The notes under the pieces are model-generated. The model had not been told where the DNA came from. It did not search any database and saw only the letters and a list, made by a program, of their open reading frames with translations. Positions 8,153 to 15,085 of a stretch of 26,184 nt of DNA are shown one piece after another. Position 1 is the first letter of the stretch, and each line of letters opens with the position of its first letter. The stretch covers positions 1 to 26,184 of the forward strand of contig JAGGRR010000078.1 of assembly GCA_021159465.1 (NCBI GenBank), written 5' to 3'. The stretch is from Candidatus Methanophagales archaeon. Its GTDB lineage: Archaea; Halobacteriota; Syntropharchaeia; Alkanophagales; Methanospirareceae. A program made the translations under genes and the position numbers.

Positions 8153-9939
8153 CAGCCAGGCATGGATTCCACTTCTACTTCTCTTACATTTACTGCCACT
8201 CCTCTTTCTGACTCCACCATCTCCCAGCCGCTCATTTTCGCTCTGCCCACTCCAAATGCTTTATCACCGCGAAATATAACTTCGTCATTCTCCCTTATCT
8301 CTTCACCGGCATTCAGGACCCCGGGTGCCAGTATTGAACCCTTTGGTACAAAATCGCCTATTTCCACTATATAAGGGGTAAATTTCCCGATTCTCCGTGC
8401 ACCTTTTGTTGTGAGGGTTATGAGTCCATATTCGGGTGCAATGCGTGCAAGGACACCCTCAGTTGATATGAGCCTGAAACAGGGGTATTTCCCTTTCAGT
8501 GTCAGTTCTCCTTTCACAAGCTCCTCACCAGTGCCGAGCCCAAACTGGTAATCAGCCATCGCCTTAAATATCCTTGTGCCCATCTCAAGTTTGGATAGTT
8601 TCTTTTTCGCACCACAGAGCGCTGCTATACAACTTCTCAAGCGTTCGAGAGCCTCTTTTGTGTACTCCTTCTCGTTCTCCTCGCATGTGAATATGACCCC
8701 CATGCCCAGTTCTTCTGCCACTGTTGCGCATATCTCTTTATATGCACCCCTGAGATGTGCAACAACCATGTCGTAATTACCACGATTTCTATCAAGGTAG
8801 GCACGGAGACAGGAAGTCACCCACGCACGCTCCTCCGCATCCCAGTACCCTGTCACGGGTATGTCATAAAACGCAGCGGGATAGACAAGTTCTAATTCTC
8901 TCGGAACAGCGCCAAGTGGTGAGGTTAAGATCAGCTCGTGAATGTTGCCCCTGTAATCCCCAATTGCAGTAATGAACTTCCTATGCGATTGCGACGCAGA
9001 ATAGGGTTTCTTAGCAGAACATGGCAGAATCACCAGTACCCGACTCGCGGGTGGTCTGTATCTATCCAGAACACGACTTGCAAATCTCTTCACTTCTATT
9101 CGCCGTAACGACTCCATTGTGTTCACCTTCATGACATGTTTACGGGCAACAGGTATCCTTCTTTCAAAATATTCACTCTCGGCATCCAAAAATCGTAATA
9201 CGGCTGTTAAAAACGTGGACGACCTCACGCGCATCTCAACATACTCGCGCAGGATGCCTAACTTTATATATTCCCTTATCTTCTTCACTTCCCGTTCTAA
9301 TATCAGTCTATTATGCTTTGCAAGCAGTTCCGCTCGCTCCTTAACACTTCGCGCTCTCAACTCTTCTATACTCAGGGAAGAGCAAACGGCGCAGGTGCAT
9401 GGTAAATCCACCATATCATTCACTATTAACTCGCATTCCTCCAGTTGATAAATACCCGCATAACCACTCATCACCGCGTTCGTATCATCTATTATATCCA
9501 CACCCATATAGGCAAGAAGTGCGGCATTCTCCACCGTTGCTATCGCGGGCACCCATAACGCCACATCTGGTGATATCGCCCGCCGTGCATCTATAACCCC
9601 GCGAACGAAATCCTCGGGCGTGTGGAGCATGGAAGAAGCGAAGGCGAGTACGAAGAAATCAACGAATAGCGGGGATGCTTCTTTTAGCTTTGCGAGCAGT
9701 GGATGTACCTCAGGCAGGAGGACCGTGCCGCGCGGACCGTTCCATGTCTCTTCTTTGCTCAACTCTGTGAATAGCGGGGATTCTACACCTATCACCTCCA
9801 TCTTCTCTTCTCCGCCACTGCTCAGCGACTCTATATTGAGTAAAAGTGGCGTTTGCATCTCCTTACTCCTTCCTTTTAATAGTAGCCGCCCTATTCTCGC
9901 TGCACCATCCCGCTTCTTCACCTCATAGAATCTACTCAT
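8149..9939 (-). CDS. arcS: Archaeosine synthase ArcS (TgtA2-type, TGT-like with C-terminal PUA)
   Basis: 596 aa. N-terminus FYEVKKRDGAARIGRL, TGT zinc motif LPCTCAVCSS, degenerate catalytic region (AIATVENAALLAYMGVDIIDD instead of the TgtA consensus), and a C-terminal PUA-like IVEIGDFVPKGSILAPGV..GDKAFGVGRAKMSG. A TgtA identity cannot be fully excluded without alignment. Confidence 0.72.
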   Translation of the reverse strand: MSRFYEVKKRDGAARIGRLLLKGRSKEMQTPLLLNIESLSSGGEEKMEVIGVESPLFTELSKEETWNGPRGTVLLPEVHPLLAKLKEASPLFVDFFVLAFASSMLHTPEDFVRGVIDARRAISPDVALWVPAIATVENAALLAYMGVDIIDDTNAVMSGYAGIYQLEECELIVNDMVDLPCTCAVCSSLSIEELRARSVKERAELLAKHNRLILEREVKKIREYIKLGILREYVEMRVRSSTFLTAVLRFLDAESEYFERRIPVARKHVMKVNTMESLRRIEVKRFASRVLDRYRPPASRVLVILPCSAKKPYSASQSHRKFITAIGDYRGNIHELILTSPLGAVPRELELVYPAAFYDIPVTGYWDAEERAWVTSCLRAYLDRNRGNYDMVVAHLRGAYKEICATVAEELGMGVIFTCEENEKEYTKEALERLRSCIAALCGAKKKLSKLEMGTRIFKAMADYQFGLGTGEELVKGELTLKGKYPCFRLISTEGVLARIAPEYGLITLTTKGARRIGKFTPYIVEIGDFVPKGSILAPGVLNAGEEIRENDEVIFRGDKAFGVGRAKMSGWEMVESERGVAVNVREVEVESMPGC

Positions 9940-9986
9940 TTGTTATCCCTATCCCTCATTTACGCTTTATCTGGTATGCAAGTCTC

Positions 9987-9994
9987 TTTTATAA
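9987..9994. promoter_or_regulatory. TATA-like TTTTATAA in the arcS/trm1 divergent spacer
   Basis: This is the only AT-rich box in the 62-bp spacer. It lies about 50 nt upstream of the arcS ATG and 8-17 nt upstream of the trm1 ATGs, which suggests a leaderless trm1 transcript. Confidence 0.4.
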
Positions 9995-10001
9995 GGTAAG
10001 A

Positions 10002-11168
10002 ATGGAATGTATGAGCTATAAGCTTATAGAACGAGTAGAGGGGAGCACGAGAGTACTGGTGCCGAAGCGAGCTAAGAGGGCACTTTTTTATAATCCCAGA
10101 ATGGAACTCTGCCGGGATATAGATATAGCCGCATTAGCTGCTTTCACTCATCATTCTAAGTCTAAGTCTAAGTCTAACTCCAGCTCCAGCACAATGGTGT
10201 ATGTGGATGCACTTGCAGGCACTGGTGTGCGCGGTGTCAGGGTGGCGAACGAACTCGGGCTGCAGGTGGTGCTAAATGACCTGAGTAGAGGGGCTTACGA
10301 GGTGATCAATCGCAATGTGAAGCTGAACGGGATAGAGGAAAGAACGAGTATATATAACGAGGATGCAAATGTGCTTCTGCACCGCAACAGGTGCAGGTAT
10401 GATATCGTAGATATAGACCCTTTTGGCTCGCCAGTCCCTTATCTCGATTCGCTATCACAATCGGTGAAGAAGTTGATTATGGTCACTGCAACAGATACAG
10501 CGCCTTTATGTGGCGCTCATACCGGGGGTTTGAGGAAGTATGCCGCAAAACCGCTGAATACCGAATATCATAAGGAGATGGCAACACGTATCCTGCTGGG
10601 GCGAGTAACGAGGGACCTGTGCAGACATGACAGGGCAATACAGCCGCTGCTGTGCTATTCGTGGAGCCATTTCGTGAGGCTCATAGCAAGAGTGGAAAGA
10701 GGTGCAAAGCGAGCAGATGAGTGCATGAAGAGACTTGGCTTCATTCTTCATTGCTTCTCCTGCGGTAGCAGATATGCTATTCATTGCTCTGAACTGCAGG
10801 ATATGAATATGAGCACGAGATGCGAGGTCTGTGGTGCTAAAATCAGGATTGCAGGACCCCTGTATTTGAGTCCGATAAAGGATAATAGCTTTTGCAAACA
10901 TGTATATGAAGAGTTAAGAGTGAGACAACTGGGAAAGAAGCGAGAAGCGCAGAAAATCGTCGCTACATGCATGAATGAACTGGACATACCATTCTATTAT
11001 GACTATCACGAGATATGCAAGGCTTTGAAGATATCTCCGCCTTCTATCCACTTCCTGATTGAGAGATTGAATGATAGTGGTTTTAGAGCGAGCAGGACAC
11101 ATTTCTCTGATACAGGATTTAAGACAGAAGCGAAGATGGAAGAGGTAAAGGAGATTTTAAGGAGGTAA
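10002..11168 (+). CDS. trm1: tRNA (guanine26-N2)-dimethyltransferase Trm1
   Basis: IERVEGSTRVLVP, FYNPRMELCRD, DALAGTGVRGVRVANE, NDLS and DIDPFGSPVPYLDS motifs, plus a C-terminal Zn ribbon CFSCGS..CEVCG. The track start at 9846 overlaps arcS on the opposite strand and I rejected it. ATG 10002 or 10011 is the likely start. Confidence 0.85.
   Translation: MECMSYKLIERVEGSTRVLVPKRAKRALFYNPRMELCRDIDIAALAAFTHHSKSKSKSNSSSSTMVYVDALAGTGVRGVRVANELGLQVVLNDLSRGAYEVINRNVKLNGIEERTSIYNEDANVLLHRNRCRYDIVDIDPFGSPVPYLDSLSQSVKKLIMVTATDTAPLCGAHTGGLRKYAAKPLNTEYHKEMATRILLGRVTRDLCRHDRAIQPLLCYSWSHFVRLIARVERGAKRADECMKRLGFILHCFSCGSRYAIHCSELQDMNMSTRCEVCGAKIRIAGPLYLSPIKDNSFCKHVYEELRVRQLGKKREAQKIVATCMNELDIPFYYDYHEICKALKISPPSIHFLIERLNDSGFRASRTHFSDTGFKTEAKMEEVKEILRR
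10155..10190 (+). repeat. In-frame hexanucleotide repeat (TCTAAG)x3, then TCTAAC and (TCCAGC)x2, inside trm1
   Basis: Read directly. It encodes SKSKSKSNSSSS immediately before the SAM-binding DALAGTG motif. Confidence 0.95.
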
Positions 11169-11212
11169 CAGACCAGACATATGATGGAGAAGAGTAGGAA
11201 AAAATCGAAAAA

Positions 11213-11220
11213 TTTATATA
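11213..11220 (+). promoter_or_regulatory. Candidate TATA box TTTATATA for the NapC/NirT-like cytochrome gene
   Basis: AAAAATTTATATATC lies 68 nt upstream of the ATG, with A-rich BRE-like sequence upstream. Confidence 0.45.
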
Positions 11221-11287
11221 TCATTTCTGAGAATCAGATACTGAGTAATGGAAATGTGGAAGGATATATCTGTTAGGAGGGCTGGAA

Positions 11288-11899
11288 ATGGAGAAAGGTG
11301 AAAAGATAATTATTTCGGTGGTTGTTCTGGTTACCATTGTTGTTATTGTTGGTGCGGCGGTAGTGATACCTACAATGATGCAAGAGATGACGAAACCGGA
11401 AAGCTGTGCCAAGAACTGTCATGAGATGCAACCATTTTATGATTCATTGCAGGATTCGCCTCATGCGGGGGTAGACTGTCACGAATGCCATGAGAGTACG
11501 GAGCCAGAGATGTTTCTGTATATGAAAGAGATGACCAACCATCTTGAGGGTATAAGCGAAGGTCTGAAGGCGGGCAAGAGTTTAGATGAGACCACAGCGG
11601 AAATGGCAGAGAAACTGGAGAGTGAGCCACCCACAAGTGCTTCTCTTCCAAAGAATGAGTATTGTATGAGATGTCATAGCACCAATTATAAACCATTAGC
11701 AGAGATTGCAGACCCCGGTATCTCGTGCTTTAAATGTCACTCCACGATTGCACACACCGAACATAAGGTCGCTCTCTACCAGGGATACTGGAGTCCTGAT
11801 TTAGAAGACCACGAATGTGTAGCATGTCATAACGAGCATGATGTAACGGTAAAGGAAGAGACCTGCAAAGCGTGTCACCCACCGGAGAAACATCCTTAA
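11288..11899 (+). CDS. Membrane-anchored multihaem cytochrome c, NapC/NirT/NrfH-like with two extra C-terminal haem motifs
   Basis: N-terminal TM helix followed directly by CAKNCHEM (compare the CxxCHxM of the family). Then CHECH, CMRCH and CFKCHSTIAH (family-like), plus CVACH and CKACH. That gives five CxxCH motifs and one CX3CH. TATA at 11213-11220 and AGGAGG at 11275-11280. Confidence 0.85.
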   Translation: MEKGEKIIISVVVLVTIVVIVGAAVVIPTMMQEMTKPESCAKNCHEMQPFYDSLQDSPHAGVDCHECHESTEPEMFLYMKEMTNHLEGISEGLKAGKSLDETTAEMAEKLESEPPTSASLPKNEYCMRCHSTNYKPLAEIADPGISCFKCHSTIAHTEHKVALYQGYWSPDLEDHECVACHNEHDVTVKEETCKACHPPEKHP

Positions 11900-11942
11900 T
11901 CCTTAATTTAATTTCTCCGGATATTCTTTCTTTTCATTCTAC

Positions 11943-13889
11943 CTACCTGCTTTTATGCGCTTCATTGCATATCAGAATGACCATACCTGCTGCCAGCAAT
12001 ATCACGCCAGACCATACGAGCCATATTAGTGGTACCCGCTTCACTTTTATCCTGAAATCCGCTGGCTGCCGCTTCTCTCCCATGAGCGCATAGAATAGCG
12101 AGTTATAGCTGGAGTTCGTGTGCTCCATAAAGATATAGAGGTCGCCTCGCAACGTGGAGATGATCAGTGGTTTGGACAGAATACCATAGTTTGTATAATA
12201 ATACATCCTTAGACTTTTGTTAGTGTATACAGTAGTGCCATCAACGATAGAGACGTCAAGAGCCAGACTCGAGTATTCAGGCATGGTAAAGAAATGCCCG
12301 GTACTGGCGTAAACATGCCCTCTGCCCGGATATATCGTGGGAGTCCCCAAGGTTATCTTCGCATCGAGCGCATCAACAGTCGAGTTGGGCTTTGCAATTA
12401 TGCCCCTGCTCTCTGTCTGCGCGGTGGAGCTGACGAATACGCCTATTAATATAATAATGATGGCGATATGGATTAGCGCCTTGCCCCATATATATGGAGA
12501 TTGCCTCCCCCCCTTAGTGCACAGAGCGGATCCGAGATAATAAGCGATGGCAAATCCTGCGGCGAGCAGTAGAGGCAGTCCAAAGTTAGCCATCCAGTTC
12601 GGCGTTGGAACACGAAGCAGTACCAAAATCACGCCAATCGCTGCTATTGAGGCGATTGACCATATAAATCTCTTTACCTTCATGCTCATACTGCAGCCCA
12701 TCAATGCAGCGACGAATACGAGTGTGAAAGGGTAGCACCATCTATTATAGAATTCCGGGGTTGTACTCATTGGTGCACCACCCAATGCACCCCCTATTAT
12801 CGGTGCAAGGTCACCCAGGAAACATATAATCATGAGGAACATCAACGACCAGAACGCCACGAATAGAGAGATGGAACTCAGTAACGAGATATCAACTTCC
12901 GGACTGTAAATGGGTCTGGCTCTCTCTGTCCCTGTCCTCAATGCGAGATAGAAGAAGTAAAGGACGACTCCAAGTGCGAATATCAAAAGTGCGGGTCCAA
13001 CAGGCGATTTCCCGAATGCATGAACCGATTCTAAGAGTCCGCCACGGGTAAGTGCAGTGGCAAAGATGACCATGAAGAAGGTAATCATAAGTGTGAGCTC
13101 TCTCATCATATCTTTACTTTTTCCTGGCAGGTGGAAGTATGCAGTAAGAGCAAGCCAGGGGACTAAAGAGGCAGTCTCCACAGGGTCCCATGCCCAATAG
13201 CCACCCCAGCCGAGGACTTCGTAAGACCACCACCCTCCAAGTGCTATTCCAAACGCAAGGAACAGCCACGCTGAATATAGAATAATGCTGTTTAGCTCTT
13301 CTTCGCCTTCTCTCTCGCCTGTTGCCAGCCCCGCAAGCATGAAAGCGCATGCGAAGAATACTAATACATAGCCAATAAAGACTACCGGAGGATGCACAAG
13401 TACCCAGAACGTTTGAAGCAGTGGATTGAGTCCTGCACCATCGGGAGGGTTCATGGGTAGAAGCTCAAAAGGGCTCTTCAATATTGTGAGAACAAGGATA
13501 AAGAAGAGAAAGATGTCCAGTATTCTGGATGCAGCTATGTTGAACCTGCGCTCTCGTCCCAAGACTCTTATGCGATATATAAAGTATATAATAGAGAATA
13601 TGAAGGCGATGAAGAGCATTGACCCGCTACTGCCTATCCACGGATCACCGATCTTGTAAGGTAGAGCGAGACTGGAAGAGCTGTAAGTGTAGACCTCTTC
13701 CAGCCAGAAAGCATCATGTATAAAAGCCATAGTTAGTCTGAAGTATGCAGCGACTACCAGCACGCATGCGAGCGAAGAAGCGAGAAAAGCAGCTTCAAAC
13801 CTCTTCCTCGTGCCAGCCCGCATTAGCAAACTCAGATCGAATAAAAGCAGAACGGCAGCCAGTATTATGAGTGCATCTCCTATATCCAT
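11943..13889 (-). CDS. ccmF: Cytochrome c-type biogenesis protein CcmF (System I haem lyase subunit, NrfE-like)
   Basis: 648 aa polytopic protein. It has the WWD-type motif LGWGGYWAWDPVETASLVPWLALTAYFH, conserved His contexts VLVHPPVVF and ESVHAFGKSP, and a typical C-terminal periplasmic domain with a final TM helix. GGAGGATGGGG precedes the ATG. Confidence 0.9.
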   Translation of the reverse strand: MDIGDALIILAAVLLLFDLSLLMRAGTRKRFEAAFLASSLACVLVVAAYFRLTMAFIHDAFWLEEVYTYSSSSLALPYKIGDPWIGSSGSMLFIAFIFSIIYFIYRIRVLGRERRFNIAASRILDIFLFFILVLTILKSPFELLPMNPPDGAGLNPLLQTFWVLVHPPVVFIGYVLVFFACAFMLAGLATGEREGEEELNSIILYSAWLFLAFGIALGGWWSYEVLGWGGYWAWDPVETASLVPWLALTAYFHLPGKSKDMMRELTLMITFFMVIFATALTRGGLLESVHAFGKSPVGPALLIFALGVVLYFFYLALRTGTERARPIYSPEVDISLLSSISLFVAFWSLMFLMIICFLGDLAPIIGGALGGAPMSTTPEFYNRWCYPFTLVFVAALMGCSMSMKVKRFIWSIASIAAIGVILVLLRVPTPNWMANFGLPLLLAAGFAIAYYLGSALCTKGGRQSPYIWGKALIHIAIIIILIGVFVSSTAQTESRGIIAKPNSTVDALDAKITLGTPTIYPGRGHVYASTGHFFTMPEYSSLALDVSIVDGTTVYTNKSLRMYYYTNYGILSKPLIISTLRGDLYIFMEHTNSSYNSLFYALMGEKRQPADFRIKVKRVPLIWLVWSGVILLAAGMVILICNEAHKSR

Positions 13890-13909
13890 CTGTTATACCC
13901 CATCCTCCG

Positions 13910-14341
13910 TCAATTCACCTCCTGTTCCTTCTCAGCCTGTGCCAATGTTCTGCCCTTCTCATTCACCACACGTACAATCATCATCACCCTATCGCCTTTT
14001 TTCAGCACGACATCCCGGGGGAACCCAATGGTGAAATTATAGGTACCGTTACCATGATAGCTCTGGGCAGCCCAATAGCTCATCTTAGCTCTGTTTACTA
14101 TCGCTTTAGCCTCAACAGCCGGGAAAAACACACCGGAATTACCCTTTGGACTTTGTAAAGGATTCATCTTCTCCTGCTTCATCTCCACTATTCTTACCGC
14201 TGGTCTGTCATCGGTCACTGTAACCACTGCCTGGACTTTTATTACCGGTACCTGCCCCATACTCACCATGGAGTATAGAGCGAGACCTACAACCGCCACA
14301 ACGACGATGGTGACGATGACATTGACGCTGGGCAACCTCAT
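13910..14341 (-). CDS. Hypothetical N-terminally membrane-anchored extracytoplasmic protein (143 aa), unrecognised family
   Basis: MRLPSVNVIVTIVVVAVVGLALY anchor followed by a beta-rich domain with no Cys and a single His. Its ATG overlaps the upstream cytochrome stop (TAATG), and a strong GAGGGAGGAAGAG sits 8-18 nt upstream. It lies 20 nt upstream of ccmF. Evidence for coding is positional, not homology. Confidence 0.6.
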   Translation of the reverse strand: MRLPSVNVIVTIVVVAVVGLALYSMVSMGQVPVIKVQAVVTVTDDRPAVRIVEMKQEKMNPLQSPKGNSGVFFPAVEAKAIVNRAKMSYWAAQSYHGNGTYNFTIGFPRDVVLKKGDRVMMIVRVVNEKGRTLAQAEKEQEVN

Positions 14342-15003
14342 TACTCTCTTCCTCCCTCTATAAACCTCAATAGTGCTTTTAACATATTTAAGATGGTGGG
14401 ATATCTCTTCTCTTCTTCGCTCTTTATTACTGGCACACCCTCCTTCATCTGATAGCCCTCCCCCTTATATTTTATGCCAAAGGAGCCATGGCAGGCGACG
14501 CATAACTCCCCTGTTCTGTTACCATGGATAAAATGAACGCCACCCTGATGGCAGGAGTTGCAATCACCACTTTCTGGCATCCTCAAGTTCTTACCCGCTC
14601 CATGACATCCCCCGCAATCCACATTTATGTGCACACGATGGATTTCATTAGCGGATATCTCCCCAGCTTTTGCTATTCCCGTTCCTATATGACAGTCAAT
14701 ACATGCTTGTATGCCGTGTGCCCTGGTTCTGATTTTTTCATTGTCTATCGCTCCACCGGTCACGTATTCTTTCCCATGACACACACAGGAGCTGACCATT
14801 GAGCGCAATCTGCTCTCAGGGAGGAGTGAGACATGGCATTGCACACATTCCGGTGCTGGATGCCAGGAGCCGATGAAACCCGTTGGATTCGGTGGTATCA
14901 CCTCACTGTTCTCATCGCTCATACCCATACATGTAGTTACAGCGAGGTTTACGATTACAATGAAGAGTAACGCTAACACACACAATTTAAGTTTCCTCAT
15001 CAT
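14341..15003 (-). CDS. Secreted or lipid-anchored pentahaem cytochrome c
   Basis: Signal-like N-terminus MMRKLKLCVLALLFIVIVNLAVTTC. Five CxxCH motifs (CVQCH, CIDCH, CGGCH, CNSCH, CVACH) plus an odd CVCH. I prefer ATG 15003 over the GTG start at 15021 given in the track. Confidence 0.85.
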   Translation of the reverse strand: MMRKLKLCVLALLFIVIVNLAVTTCMGMSDENSEVIPPNPTGFIGSWHPAPECVQCHVSLLPESRLRSMVSSCVCHGKEYVTGGAIDNEKIRTRAHGIQACIDCHIGTGIAKAGEISANEIHRVHINVDCGGCHGAGKNLRMPESGDCNSCHQGGVHFIHGNRTGELCVACHGSFGIKYKGEGYQMKEGVPVIKSEEEKRYPTILNMLKALLRFIEGGRE

Positions 15004-15043
15004 TCGATATATATTTTGCACCAGAGAAATAAAAGTTATACGA

Positions 15044-15059
15044 TCTTAACTTCTTAACT
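15044..15059. repeat. Perfect tandem direct repeat 2 x 8 bp (TCTTAACT) in the cytochrome-operon/proB divergent promoter
   Basis: Read directly: 15044-15051 and 15052-15059. It is flanked by the minus-strand CTTTTATTT box (15027-15035) and the plus-strand TTTATTTATTTATTG. Confidence 0.95.
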
Positions 15060-15085
15060 GATTTATTTATTTATTGATTTATTGC

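Noticed and set aside
9846-10001. N-terminal extension of the trm1 ORF
   Set aside because: It overlaps the arcS 5' end on the opposite strand and runs through the divergent promoter. Trm1 homology starts at ..IERVEGS after ATG 10002 or 10011.
11900-11942. Terminator between the convergent cytochrome and ccmF genes (TTCTTTCTTTTC at 11925-11936, palindrome TCCGGA)
   Set aside because: The oligo-T tract is interrupted and serves only the plus-strand gene. It is plausible, but too weak to report as a feature.
13910-14341. Calling the 143-aa anchored protein CcmE outright
   Set aside because: It has no HxxxY or CxxxY motif and no Cys at all. Its single His is in an H-x4-Y context and not near the C-terminus. 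The architecture and the position next to ccmF are only suggestive, so I kept it as hypothetical.
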